This document shows positions 21,334-34,776 of a stretch of DNA of 64,000 nt, piece after piece. Made by a program: the position numbers and the translations under genes. Positions within the stretch are counted from its first letter, which is position 1, and each line of letters starts with the position of its first letter. The DNA lies in NCBI GenBank assembly GCA_041687695.1, contig JAWLBL010000014.1, positions 32,001-96,000 on the forward strand, written 5' to 3'. Origin of the DNA: Myxococcota bacterium. Its GTDB lineage: Bacteria > Myxococcota_A > UBA9042 > PHBI01 > JAWLBL01. The notes under the pieces are model-generated. The model saw only the letters and a program-made list of their open reading frames with translations. It made no database searches and was not told the origin of the DNA.

Positions 21334-24090
21334 ATGCGCCTCGTCAGCCTCCTCGCCCTGGGGCTCGCCCTGCCCGCGCTCCCCTTCGCCGCCTGTGGCG
21401 ACAGCACCAGCGGCGGCACCAAGTCGCTCATCGACACCGACGCCGTCAGCGGCGACGTCCCCCACGGCGACACGACGAACCCGGACGCCGTGGGCCCCAC
21501 TGCGGTCGCCCTCGAGACGGTCGTCTCCGCCGCGCAGGTCACCGCCGGGGCCTCGGTCACCGTCACCTGCTCGGCCGTCGACGCGGACGGCGCCTCGGTG
21601 CCGGTCAGCCAGGTCCCGGGCCTGACCGGGTTCGAGGTCGTGGCCCTGCCGTCGGCCGGCGTCACCGTCGACGGCCTCGACGTCACCCCGACCGTGGCCG
21701 GCTCCGTCGAACTGGCCTGCGAGGGCCAGGGAGCCGATCTCGTCGACCCCACGCCGGCGACCGTGACCGTCGTCGCCGGCGCCCCGGCCAAGACCCTCGC
21801 GTCGCTCACCCCGCCGACCGTCACGGCCGGCGAGTCGGTCGCCGCCGCCTGCGAGGTCCAGGACGCCTACGGCAACGTCATCGCCGACGCGACGCCGACC
21901 TTCGCGATGGCGCCCGCCGACGGCGGCGACGCCAGCGCCCTGCCCGCCACGCCGACCACGGCCGGCAGCTTCCACGTCACCTGCGCCGTCGCGGGCGCCG
22001 AGGCGCTCGAGCAGGTCCCGGCGACGCTGACCGTCGAGCCCGCGGCCGCCGTCTCGCTGACCCTGTCGGCCACGCCCGACCAGAAGGCCTACCTGCTGGG
22101 CCAGGCCATCACCCTGGTCGGCCAGGGCGAGGACGTGTACGGCAACACCTTCCCGGTGGCCCTCGGCGAGCCGACGGTCACCCCCGACGGCCACCACGAG
22201 CTGCTCGCCAACGGCAAGCTGCGCTTCAACCTCGAGGGCAAGTACGTCGCCGAGGCCGCCGCCCAGGACGACCCCGCGCTGACCGCGTCACTGCCGCTGG
22301 TGGTCGACCAGACCCCGCCCACGCTGACCCTGCTCACGCCCGACCGCGGCCTGGCGACGACCGACGCGGCGGTCACCGTGACGGGGACCGTGGTCGACAA
22401 CCTGGGCGAGATCGCCTCGCTCACCCTGGGCGACACCGAGATCCCGGTGGCCGCCGACGGCTCGTTCACGGTCGAGGCCCCGCTCGCCTACGGCATCAAC
22501 GTGCTCGAGCTCGTCGCCACCGACCCCTACGACCTCACCTCGAACGCGACCCGGTCGGTCCTCGCCTCGTCGACCTTCAACGCGCCCGCCCCGGCCGGCC
22601 TCGACAAGGCGGTGGTCCTGGTCCTCGCCCCCGAGACCATCGACGACGGGGTGCAGGACCTGACGCAGCCCGACGACCTCGCCAGCATCGTCGCCCTGAT
22701 GCTCCAGCAGATGGACTTCGCGGCCTTCCTGCCCGACCCGCTCGTCGGCTTCTCGTGCCTGGGCGGCGACTGCGAGATCCGAGTGTCCCAGGTCACCTAC
22801 GACACGCCCGTGGTGACGATGAAGCTCATCTCGAACGCCATCCGGCTCGAGGTGTCGCTGCCCAACCTGGCCGGCACCATCCAGCTCGAGGTGCCGTGCG
22901 ACTCGTTCCTGTGCCCCAGCGATCCCATCGTGATGCCCGGCACCTTCGGGGCCCAGACGGTCATCCTGTCCACCGAGATCAAGGTGACCCTGGCGGCGGA
23001 CGGCACGCCCGAGCTGGCCGCCGAGAACACCGACGTCGAGGTCGACGGCCTGTCGGTCACCATAGCCAACACCCTGGCCTCCATCCCGGTCATCGGCCCG
23101 GCGACGCAGGGCGTCATCGACAGCGTGGTCGGCTGGATGGAGCCCGGCCTGGTCACCGCCCTCGAGGTCGCCGTCCCGCTCATCGTCGAGGACCAGGTCG
23201 CCGGCGCGCTCGGCGGCGTGCTCGAGGCCCTCGACATCGAGCAGGAGCTCGAGATCCCGGCGGTCGTCGACGGCGCCTCGCCCAACACGCTCCAGATCAC
23301 CACGGCCATGACGGCCATCGACATCAACCCGCAGTTCATGCGCCTCGAGCTGGCGGCGGGCGCCCTCAGCGTCTCGACGCCGCCCGAGGGCTTCGACCCG
23401 GTCCACGTCGCCACCGGGTCGCTCGGCTACCTCGGCTGCGGGCCCATGGGCGCCGTCACGGCCCCGCCGACCGACCGCATCGCCGCGGGCCTCCAGGACG
23501 ATCTGGTCAACCAGCTGCTGCTGGCCGTGTACGCCGGCGGCACCCTGGCCATCGCCATGGACGCCGAGCAGGCGGCGTCGCTGGATCTGAGCCAGTACGG
23601 CATCGATCTGAAGTCGCTGACCACGACGCCGCTGCTGCCGCCGGTCCTGAACTCGTGCGGCCGCGACGACGCGGGCGTCCTGCAGATGGGCGACTTCTGG
23701 GTCGACGTCGAGCTGACCCTGCTCGGCACCGAGTCGCACATCGGGCTGTGGGTCCACCTCGAGGCGCCCTTCGCGCTCGAGGCGACCAAGGACGAAGAGG
23801 GCGCCACGGCCCTGGGCCTGTCCCTGGGCGACATCGCGCTGGGCGCCGACGTCGTGACCAACACGGGCACCTTCGAGGGCGACGACGCCGCCCTGGTCGC
23901 GCTGCTGCAGGACGCGCTGCTTCCGATGGCGCTCGAGTCGCTGACCGACGGCAGCCTCGCCTTCACGCTGCCGGCCTTCGACCTCGCCTCGCTCGACGAG
24001 AACATCCCCGAGGGCACGGTCATCGGCGTCGGCGTGAACGCCATCGTGCGCAACCAGGGCTACCTGCAGGTCGACGGGCAGCTCGAGTAG
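21334..24090 (+). CDS. Large lipoprotein with Ig-like repeats and an uncharacterised (possibly BPI/LBP-like) C-terminal region
   Basis: RBS GGAGAGG; lipobox FAAC; Ig-like motifs (VQDAYGN, DVYGN, VDQTPPTL, GINVLELVATD); acidic beta-rich C-terminal half. Confidence 0.8.
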   Translation: MRLVSLLALGLALPALPFAACGDSTSGGTKSLIDTDAVSGDVPHGDTTNPDAVGPTAVALETVVSAAQVTAGASVTVTCSAVDADGASVPVSQVPGLTGFEVVALPSAGVTVDGLDVTPTVAGSVELACEGQGADLVDPTPATVTVVAGAPAKTLASLTPPTVTAGESVAAACEVQDAYGNVIADATPTFAMAPADGGDASALPATPTTAGSFHVTCAVAGAEALEQVPATLTVEPAAAVSLTLSATPDQKAYLLGQAITLVGQGEDVYGNTFPVALGEPTVTPDGHHELLANGKLRFNLEGKYVAEAAAQDDPALTASLPLVVDQTPPTLTLLTPDRGLATTDAAVTVTGTVVDNLGEIASLTLGDTEIPVAADGSFTVEAPLAYGINVLELVATDPYDLTSNATRSVLASSTFNAPAPAGLDKAVVLVLAPETIDDGVQDLTQPDDLASIVALMLQQMDFAAFLPDPLVGFSCLGGDCEIRVSQVTYDTPVVTMKLISNAIRLEVSLPNLAGTIQLEVPCDSFLCPSDPIVMPGTFGAQTVILSTEIKVTLAADGTPELAAENTDVEVDGLSVTIANTLASIPVIGPATQGVIDSVVGWMEPGLVTALEVAVPLIVEDQVAGALGGVLEALDIEQELEIPAVVDGASPNTLQITTAMTAIDINPQFMRLELAAGALSVSTPPEGFDPVHVATGSLGYLGCGPMGAVTAPPTDRIAAGLQDDLVNQLLLAVYAGGTLAIAMDAEQAASLDLSQYGIDLKSLTTTPLLPPVLNSCGRDDAGVLQMGDFWVDVELTLLGTESHIGLWVHLEAPFALEATKDEEGATALGLSLGDIALGADVVTNTGTFEGDDAALVALLQDALLPMALESLTDGSLAFTLPAFDLASLDENIPEGTVIGVGVNAIVRNQGYLQVDGQLE

Positions 24091-24174
24091 CGCGCCGCCG
24101 GCCGGCCGGGTGCCTTGGCCCTCCCCTCGCCGTCCATAGGGTTGTCCCGTGGACCCAAGGACGAGGGGAGAGCC

Positions 24175-24879
24175 ATGAAGTACAAGGACTTCGTGGGCCA
24201 GGTGCAGCGCCGGGCCCAGATCGACTCGGCCCGCGACGCCGAGCGCGCCATCCAGGCGACGCTCGAGGCGCTCTCGGACGCGCTGTTCGACGGCGACACC
24301 GAGGACCTCGCGCGGCAGCTGCCGGCCGAGCTGGCCGAGTGCCTGCGGCAGCCGGATCCCCGCCAGCGGGCCCGGGCGCGGCGCGGCCCCGACACGCGCG
24401 ACCGCACCGGCAGCGAGCCCGTGCCGCGCGACCGCGGCTCGCTCGACCAGACGGGCCTCGAGCGCCGGCGCGACGTGCTGCTCGACGCCGAGCGGCCCGA
24501 GGGGGTCGGCCACCGCGAGGGCATGAACCAAGACATCACGCGTCGCACCGCCGGCCCCTCCCAGCTCGCCGAGGCGCCGCCGAGCGACAACGAGATCAGC
24601 GCGCACGTGGGGGATCGCCAGGTCGGCCTGCCTGGCCCCGACGAGGTCGGCGCGCAGCCGACGGAGCTGCAGGAGCCCGAGGGGCTGCCGCGCATGGTCC
24701 ACCACGTGGCCGAGCGCGAGGGGACGAACGAGACGCAGGCCCGGGCGCACGTCAAGGCGGTCTTCCAAGTGCTCACGCGGGCGGTCGACGAGCGCGAGCT
24801 GAGCGATCTGCGCGACCACCTGCCGCCCGACATCGCGCGGCTGTTCGAGGAGGGCGGCCCCGACCTGCCCCGCGCCTGA
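24175..24879 (+). CDS. DUF2267-like protein with internal low-complexity insertion
   Basis: MKYKDFVGQVQRRA..AIQATLEAL..LARQLP and HVAEREG..ARAHVKAVFQVL..DHLP halves, separated by a long polar segment. Confidence 0.8.
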   Translation: MKYKDFVGQVQRRAQIDSARDAERAIQATLEALSDALFDGDTEDLARQLPAELAECLRQPDPRQRARARRGPDTRDRTGSEPVPRDRGSLDQTGLERRRDVLLDAERPEGVGHREGMNQDITRRTAGPSQLAEAPPSDNEISAHVGDRQVGLPGPDEVGAQPTELQEPEGLPRMVHHVAEREGTNETQARAHVKAVFQVLTRAVDERELSDLRDHLPPDIARLFEEGGPDLPRA

Positions 24880-25014
24880 CGGAGCCCCCCGCGCCGACCG
24901 GCCGGGCCCACGCGGCGGGGGCGTCGCGTCGCGCCCGGTTCGGGGACTCGCGCCCCGGGCTTTGTTATAGGTCCGGGCATCCCTGCACCGCCCCGACGAA
25001 CGGAAGGTGAGCCG

Positions 25015-26636
25015 ATGACCACGGCGGCGTCACGCGGGTCCGCGCCCGGCCTGCCGACCCTGCACACGCGCGCGAGCGGCGTGCTCCTGCACCTGACGAG
25101 CCTGCCGGGGCCCTTCGGCTCGGGGGACCTCGGGGGTGCGGCGCGCGCCTTCATCGAGTTCCTCCGCGCCGCCGACCAGCGCTGGTGGCAGATGCTGCCG
25201 GTCGGGCCGGCGGGCTACGGCAACTCGCCCTACTCGGCCCTGTCGGCCTTCGCCGGCGACCCGCTGCTGGTCAGCCCCGAGGGGCTGGTCCGCGACGGCT
25301 GGCTCGAGCGGCAGGCGCTCGAGCGGGCGCCCGCCTTCCCGTCTGGACGGGTCGACTACCCGGCGGCGCGGCGCTTTCGCGAGGGGCTCTTGCGTCAGGC
25401 CTTCGCCGCCTTCGAGGCGCGGGCCGACGCGGCGGCGCGGGCCGAGCACGAGCGCTTCGTGGCCGAGCAGGCCGGCTGGCTCGACGACTTCACGCTGTTC
25501 GTCGCGCTCAAGGAGGCGCACCGGCAGGTCCAGTGGACGCGCTGGGAGCCCGAGGTGCGCGATCGCCAGGCGGAGGCGCTGGCCCGGGCCAGGCGCGAGC
25601 TGCGCGGCGAGATCGCCTTCCACGGGTTCGTCCAGTGGCAGTTCGCGCGCCAGTGGGCCGCGCTGCGGCGCGACTGCGAGGGGCTGGGCGTGGCCCTCGT
25701 GGGCGACGTGCCGATCTTCGTCGCCCACGACAGCGCCGACGTGTGGGCGCGGCGCGAGCTGTTCCAGCTCGACGCGGCCGGCGAGCCGACGGTCGTGGCC
25801 GGCGTGCCGCCCGACTACTTCAGCGCGACCGGGCAGCGCTGGGGCAACCCGCTGTACCGCTGGACGGCGATGGCCGAGCGCGGCTTCGCGTGGTGGATCG
25901 ACCGGCTGCGGGTGACGCTCGAGCGCTTCCACGCGGTGCGCCTAGACCACTTCATCGGCTTTCAGCGCTACTGGGAGATCCCCGCCAACGAACCCACGGC
26001 CGAGCACGGCGTGTGGGAGCCCGGGCCCGGCGCCGCCCTGTTCGACGCCGTGCGCGACGCCCTGGGCGAGCTGCCGCTCATCGCCGAGGACCTGGGCGCC
26101 GTCACCCCCGAGGTCAAGGCGCTGCGCGACCGCTTCGGGCTGCCGGGGCTGCGCATCCTGCAGTTCGCCTTCGGCGACGACCCCTCGGCCCCCGACTTCA
26201 AGCCCCACAACTACCCGCGCCGGACCGTGGTCTACACGGGCACCCACGACAACGACACCACGGTCGGCTGGTTCACCGACCCCGGCGGCGGCGACAGCGT
26301 CCGCACCCCCGCGCAGACCGAGCTCGAGCGCCGCTTCGCCATGGCCTACCTGCCCAGCGACGGGGCCGAGATCCACTGGGACATGATCCGCGCCGCCTCC
26401 GCGTCGGTCGCCGACGTGTCGATCTTCCCGGCCCAGGACCTGCTCGGGCTCGGCGCCGAGGCGCGCATGAACCGCCCGGGCCAGCCGTCCGGCAACTGGG
26501 AGTGGCGGCTGTGGCCCGGCGCCCTGACGCCCGAGCTGGCCGCCCGCCTCCGCCACCTGACCCGCCTGTACGACCGAGGAACGGACGCCGCCGCGTCCGG
26601 CGCCGCGGACGCGACCCCACCTCGAGGCCCCCGCCC

Positions 26637-26640
<4 letters not shown>
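25015..26640 (+). CDS. malQ: 4-alpha-glucanotransferase (GH77)
   Basis: [68 protein letters not shown]. Confidence 0.97.
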
Positions 26641-30023
<3,383 letters not shown>

Positions 30024-30048
30024 CGCCCGACCCAGCCGCGACGCGGCG

Positions 30049-31485
30049 TCAGTTCACGCAGCCCGAGGTGTCGGGCGCCGTGAAGGTCCCGTCGGTGTCC
30101 AGGACGACGCCCAGCGACAGCAGGCCGGCGCTGGTGACGCACCAGGACTCGATGGGCCCAGGCGCCTCGCCGGTCGCCGGGTCGAAGTCGAGCGGCCCGG
30201 AGGCGCCCTCGAAGTCCAGCGTCTGGTCCGGGTTGGTCGACAGCTTCTGGGTCATCTCGTTGAAGGCCGACCCGCCGGCCTTCACGGGGTCGCCCTCGGA
30301 CAGGCGGCCCAGGCCATAGGCCAGCCGCTCGCCGGTGACGGGCCCGCCCAGGTGGGTCGACGCCGCGACCGCGTACCCGACCAGGTACATGGCGTCATAG
30401 GCGTGAGCCGCGTACGACACGGGGCCGTCGTCGTCCTTGAACTTCGCCTCGTAGCGGGTCTTGAAGCCCTGGTAGGCCGCCCCGCCCGGGGAGCCGGCGT
30501 TGAAGCCCACCACGACGCGCAGCAGGGTCGCCGGCAGCGCCTTCAGATCGTCGCTCTTGAGCCCGTCGCTGAGCAGGAACCGCTTGGCCTTGCCGTCGGC
30601 CAGCTCCAGCAGGCGCTTGCCGTCATCGTGCAGGCCGACGATGACCAGGGCGTCGGGCTGGAAGGCTTCGACGTCGGCGACGATGGCCGCCTGGTCGTCC
30701 TCGAGGTGGGCCGCCTCGACGCGATAGCTCTGGGTCTCGAAGCCCGCGGCGCAGTCGGGCAGCACGTCGCACAGCTGCTCCTGCAGCCGGTCGCGGAAGC
30801 CGTTGCCGTAGGTGTCGTCGCGGTTGGCGACGTAGACGCGCTGAAAGCCCTGGTCGGCGATGTACTGGACCATGGCCGCGCTCTGCGTGGTGTCGCTGGT
30901 GGCCGTCCGCCACAGGAGGTTGTCGTCGGCGAGGTGCGTCATCGCCGCGGCCGTGGCCGAGGGGCTGATCATCAGGACCTTGGCGGGGCGCGCGACCTCG
31001 GTGAAGGCGGCGATGGTGTTGGCGCTCGAGGCGGCGCCGATGATGGCCGGGACCTCGGCCACGGCGACCAGGTGCTGGGCGGCCGCCTTGGCCCCCTCGA
31101 CCGTCCCGCCGTCGTCGCAGGCCAGCACGCCGACCCGCTTGCCCAGCAGCCCGCCGTTGTCGTTCATCTCGGACACGGCCAGCTCGACCGCCCGGTCGCG
31201 CCCCTGGCCGTTCGGCGTCGCCAAGGGCAACAGCGTACCGAACAGGTGGACCTCGCCGCCCCGGGCCTCGGCCTCTTCGACCCCGTACAGCCGCTGGCAG
31301 GGCCCGTCCAGCAGCGGCGCGACCACCGCGTCGGGGCCGGTCTCGGCCTTGCTGTCCTCGGCGGTGACGTCGGCCGACGCGGTGTCATCGACCGCGTCGG
31401 CTGACTGCTCGACCACGATCTCGCCGCACCCGAACACGCAAAGGGCGAGCCCCGCGGCTCCCAACCGCTCCAACCACCGGCGCAT
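30049..31485 (-). CDS. LivJ-like (branched-chain amino acid family) substrate-binding lipoprotein
   Basis: Lipobox VFGC; AVELAVSEMNDNGGLLG, AIIGAASS, MISPSAT, YAAHAYDA, FEGASGPLDFD. Confidence 0.9.
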   Translation of the reverse strand: MRRWLERLGAAGLALCVFGCGEIVVEQSADAVDDTASADVTAEDSKAETGPDAVVAPLLDGPCQRLYGVEEAEARGGEVHLFGTLLPLATPNGQGRDRAVELAVSEMNDNGGLLGKRVGVLACDDGGTVEGAKAAAQHLVAVAEVPAIIGAASSANTIAAFTEVARPAKVLMISPSATAAAMTHLADDNLLWRTATSDTTQSAAMVQYIADQGFQRVYVANRDDTYGNGFRDRLQEQLCDVLPDCAAGFETQSYRVEAAHLEDDQAAIVADVEAFQPDALVIVGLHDDGKRLLELADGKAKRFLLSDGLKSDDLKALPATLLRVVVGFNAGSPGGAAYQGFKTRYEAKFKDDDGPVSYAAHAYDAMYLVGYAVAASTHLGGPVTGERLAYGLGRLSEGDPVKAGGSAFNEMTQKLSTNPDQTLDFEGASGPLDFDPATGEAPGPIESWCVTSAGLLSLGVVLDTDGTFTAPDTSGCVN

Positions 31486-31585
31486 GGCGTCCTCCCGACC
31501 GTGACGAGACGTGTGGCCGGATGGTAGCCGACAGATCGGGGGGCTCGTCAATGCGGGCGGGGTCGCCTCGGGTCGCGGCGCCCCA

Positions 31586-31658
31586 GCCTCGGACCACGGC
31601 CACCGCCACGGCCTCCGCCACGGCCACCGCCACGGCCTCGGACCACGGCCTCCGCCAC
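31586..31658. repeat. Intergenic GGCCAC/CGCCAC-based short-unit array (copy 1)
   Basis: Contains ggccaccgccacggcctccgccacggccaccgccacggcctcggaccacggcctccgccac. Confidence 0.8.
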
Positions 31659-31688
31659 TGTCCCCTGCGCTCCCAGCCGCGCTGGCCC

Positions 31689-31734
31689 TTCGAAACACGA
31701 AGAGGCGCCGCCCCATCAGGAACGGCGCCTCTTC
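31689..31734 (-). terminator. Terminator after lytic transglycosylase gene
   Basis: Perfect 12-bp stem GAAGAGGCGCCG/CGGCGCCTCTTC; minus-strand tail TTCGTGTTTCGAA. Confidence 0.75.
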
Positions 31735-31754
31735 AGGCTTTGGGCCAGCTGGCG

Positions 31755-32477
31755 CTAGCGGACGACCAGCGCGAGACGCTCCGCCGACTGGGCCGCAACG
31801 TAGCGGTCGTAGTGGTGGAGCACGTCGGCGACGTACTTGCCGGTCTGGCGGAAGGGGATGCCGCCCTTCTTGGCCACGTTGCCGGGGCCGGCGTTGTAGG
31901 CGGCGAGGGCCAGGGCCAGGTCGCCATCGTAGCGATCGGCGTACTCACGCAGCAGCTTGGCGCCGCCCTCGACGCACTGGCGGGGGTCGCTGGGATCCTT
32001 GACGCCCAGCGAGGGCCAGACGTGGGGCATCAGCTGCATGAGGCCGCGCGCGCCGGCGTGGCTGCGGGCCTTGGGGTCGAAGTTGCTCTCGACGCGGACG
32101 ACGGCCCGCACGAGGTTCTCGGGGAGGCGGTACTTCTCGGCGGCCGCCTGGATCTCCGCGTCGTACTTGGACAGCTCCTGCCGAGCGTCGCCCTGATCGT
32201 CCCCGCTGGCCTCGACCAGCTTGGTCTTGGCCACGCCGCTACGGGCGGCGGCCGAGGACGACAGGAAGATGCGCGTGGTGGGCTCGGCAGGCTTGGCTAC
32301 GTCCGACAGCACGACGCGTCGGTCACCGGCGCCCGCCACCCATACCTGGTCCTCCGGCGCGACCGCCTGCTGACCGGCTGCCTCGATCGCGGCCGGCTGG
32401 AGGCTGGCGATGGGCTGGGCCGCGGGGACCGAGGACAGCGGCTGGGCGAACGCGAAGAACAGAAAGAAGGACTTCAT
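31755..32477 (-). CDS. Soluble lytic transglycosylase (SLT domain)
   Basis: AVVRVESNFDPKARSHAGARGLMQLMP, GGAKLL, ALAAYNAGPGNV; RBS AGGAG. Confidence 0.92.
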   Translation of the reverse strand: MKSFFLFFAFAQPLSSVPAAQPIASLQPAAIEAAGQQAVAPEDQVWVAGAGDRRVVLSDVAKPAEPTTRIFLSSSAAARSGVAKTKLVEASGDDQGDARQELSKYDAEIQAAAEKYRLPENLVRAVVRVESNFDPKARSHAGARGLMQLMPHVWPSLGVKDPSDPRQCVEGGAKLLREYADRYDGDLALALAAYNAGPGNVAKKGGIPFRQTGKYVADVLHHYDRYVAAQSAERLALVVR

Positions 32478-32700
32478 CGAGTCTCCTGGCGTCTGGGGGG
32501 CCGCCCCGCGCCCCCCCAGAGAGAGGGGACCGTCGCGGCGGCCGCTTGCACGTGGATGGCTCGAAGCCAAACGTGGTTCGGGTGAGGACACGCTGTGTCC
32601 GCAAACGTCCGGCTAGAACCTCGGCGCCTGCCCCACCATTCCGACCAGGAGAAAAAAACTTCAATCGTGACGACAACTTGCAGCCACGCCGCGGCACACC

Positions 32701-32743
32701 TTCGAAACGCGAAGACCCCCGAGGCGCCAAGGCCTCGGGGGTC
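32701..32743 (-). terminator. Terminator after DUF3618-like gene cluster
   Basis: Perfect 12-bp stem GACCCCCGAGGC/GCCTCGGGGGTC; minus-strand tail TTCGCGTTTCGAA. Confidence 0.75.
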
Positions 32744-32774
32744 CATCGCTGGGCGCGGGCGGCGCCCTCCGGGC

Positions 32775-34274
32775 TCAGGACTTGTACTTGTTGTCCGGCC
32801 AGGTGGGCTTGCCGATGTCGGTGCCCTTGCCGACGTCGGTGCCCTTGTCGGTCACGTTCTCGTCGCGGTCACCGCTCAGCGACTTACCGCCGCCCAGGCC
32901 CGGCTTGGACTCCGGGGCCCGACCCCGGCTGGGATCCTCGGAACGCGTGCCCCGCGACGTGCCGACGTTCGTGCCGCCGCCGATGTCGCGGTCGGTGCCC
33001 GAGGTCCGGCTGCCCGGGATGGGGACCGAGGGGCCCAGCTTGGAGCCCGGCGTGGTCGAGGTCGACGACGTCCCTCGCGAGCCGGTCGCGCCCGGCGTGG
33101 TGCCGCCGCCCGGCGACGAGCCGGTGCCGCCGCCGAGGCTGCCGCCCGAGGTGCCGGACGTGCCGAAGCCGCCGCTCTGGCCGCCGCCGAAGCTGCCGCC
33201 CTGGCCGCCGAAGCTGCCGCCCTGGCGCTCGGACGGCTGACGCGAGGACGGCTCGCCCTCACCCTGCAGCCGCTGGTCCAGCGTGTCCCCCACGTCCCGC
33301 ACGCCCTCACGCAGCCGGCGCTTGGCCGGCTCGAGGGCCTCGCGCTCCTTGCGCGAGATGGGGATGAGCATGCCCAGGACCGAGCCCACGATGAGCGCCA
33401 CGATCGACAGCATCATGGGGTGCTGGTCCCAACCCTTCCGAGCGCGCATCCGCACCTCGTCCGAGGACGGCATCCGGTCGCGCACGTTGCTGGCGCGCCC
33501 CTTGATGTCGTCGAACTTGCTCGAGGCGCGCGACTTCAGCTCGTCCGCCTTGTGCGACAGGCGCTCCTTCGCCTCCCGGCCGCGCTCCTTCATCTCGCGG
33601 CCGCGCTCCTTGATCTGCTCCTTGCGGCCGTGGTGCTCGCCGTGCTCGCGCCCCGGGGTCAGGCCCTCGGTCCCGATCGCGCCCAGCGAGCCCTGGGTCG
33701 TGCCGGTGCCGTGGCCGCTGGACGTCCCGAGAGAGCCCTGCGACCCGTACCCCGAGCGCTCGATGCCTCCGTAGCCGGCCTCGGCGCCGTAGCCCCCCGA
33801 CACGCCCGTGCCCGACCCCAGGCCGCTCGTGTCCGAGCCCTGGATGCCCGAGCGCCGGTCCAGCTCGCTGCCGTACCCGCGGTCGGAGATGGAGCCCTGC
33901 GGGCTGCCCTGCCAGGCGGGCTCGCTCCAACGGTCGGATCGGCCGTAGCCGACGTCCGCCGAGCCCTGCCACCGCTGGGACGACCGTCCGGTGTCGTCCC
34001 ACTCGCCATACACGCGCCGATCCAGGTGCTTCTGGCGCTGGCTCCTGGCGAGGATGGCCCCCAGCCCGGCCCCCACGGCGCCGCCCAGGATGGCGAGGGC
34101 CAGCGGGCTCGTCGTCGTCCGGGTCTTGATTTCGTTGACCTTGCTCACGGTTGCCTCCTTGGCCCGCTCCCGGATGTAGTTCGGCGAGGCGCGTCGCGAC
34201 AGCTCCTCGGCGATGAGGCTCAGGCGTTCGCGCGCGTCCTCGATTTCATGGCGTGCATCGTCTCGCTCGCCCAT
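32775..34274 (-). CDS. DUF3618-like membrane-anchored protein with long Gly/Ser-rich disordered regions
   Basis: RBS GAGGAGG; ARHEIEDARERLSLIAEELSRRASP N-terminus; two hydrophobic segments (SPLALAILGGAVGAGLG; HPMMLSIVALIVGSVLGMLIP). Confidence 0.8.
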   Translation of the reverse strand: MGERDDARHEIEDARERLSLIAEELSRRASPNYIRERAKEATVSKVNEIKTRTTTSPLALAILGGAVGAGLGAILARSQRQKHLDRRVYGEWDDTGRSSQRWQGSADVGYGRSDRWSEPAWQGSPQGSISDRGYGSELDRRSGIQGSDTSGLGSGTGVSGGYGAEAGYGGIERSGYGSQGSLGTSSGHGTGTTQGSLGAIGTEGLTPGREHGEHHGRKEQIKERGREMKERGREAKERLSHKADELKSRASSKFDDIKGRASNVRDRMPSSDEVRMRARKGWDQHPMMLSIVALIVGSVLGMLIPISRKEREALEPAKRRLREGVRDVGDTLDQRLQGEGEPSSRQPSERQGGSFGGQGGSFGGGQSGGFGTSGTSGGSLGGGTGSSPGGGTTPGATGSRGTSSTSTTPGSKLGPSVPIPGSRTSGTDRDIGGGTNVGTSRGTRSEDPSRGRAPESKPGLGGGKSLSGDRDENVTDKGTDVGKGTDIGKPTWPDNKYKS

Positions 34275-34765
34275 CGTTTGTCCTCCTCGAGTGATTGGAT
34301 GGACTGGTCCGGCCGGGCCTCCCGGGCCCGCTTGACGCCGCCCCAGGCCATGATCCCGCCGACGACCAGCAAGGCGACGCCCGTGATGAGGGCGGCGAGC
34401 CAGCCCGCCATCACGTTCGCCAGGGCCATGACGACCATCGCGACCAGCGTGAAGAAGCCGGCGAGGAGCACCACGCCACCCGCCGCGGCGGTGCCGAGCC
34501 CCTTGGCCGCCGTCCTGGCCTGGACCTTCAGGTCCGCCGTGATGAGGTGCGCCTCCTCGCGGAGGAGCCGCTTGGCCTGGTCCAGCCCGTCCCTGACGAG
34601 CTCGGACGTGGGGCGATGGGCGATCTCCGCGCGGCTCGGGCCGTGCCCCTCGAGGCCCGCCCCGTGGCCGACCTCCAGGCCGCCCTCGTGTCCGAACGTC
34701 TGCGTGCGCCCCTCGAGGTCGCGGCCTCCTCGGCCTCCGATGCCCTGATAATGTTGTCTCTCCAC
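34220..34765 (-). CDS. Phage-holin-like (YqjE/DUF1469-type) membrane protein
   Basis: RBS GAGGAGG; ELVRD..LLREE, two TM helices, PDQSIQSLEEDKRWA. Confidence 0.82.
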   Translation of the reverse strand: MERQHYQGIGGRGGRDLEGRTQTFGHEGGLEVGHGAGLEGHGPSRAEIAHRPTSELVRDGLDQAKRLLREEAHLITADLKVQARTAAKGLGTAAAGGVVLLAGFFTLVAMVVMALANVMAGWLAALITGVALLVVGGIMAWGGVKRAREARPDQSIQSLEEDKRWASETMHAMKSRTRANA

Positions 34766-34776
34766 GGGTCACCTCC

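Noticed and set aside
25185..26636. Apparent 484-aa N-terminal extension of TreS
   Set aside because: Alternative frame overlapping malQ with Arg/Ala/Gly-rich composition; TreS starts at or just after 26637.
32520..32660. Known c-di-AMP (ydaO) or c-di-GMP riboswitch upstream of the SLT gene
   Set aside because: Consensus elements not recognisable; kept only as an unassigned candidate structure.
34220..34765. Prophage lysis module (holin-like gene near a lytic transglycosylase)
   Set aside because: No phage structural, integrase or replication genes; the holin-like gene sits in a YqjDE-like cluster and a terminator separates it from the SLT gene.
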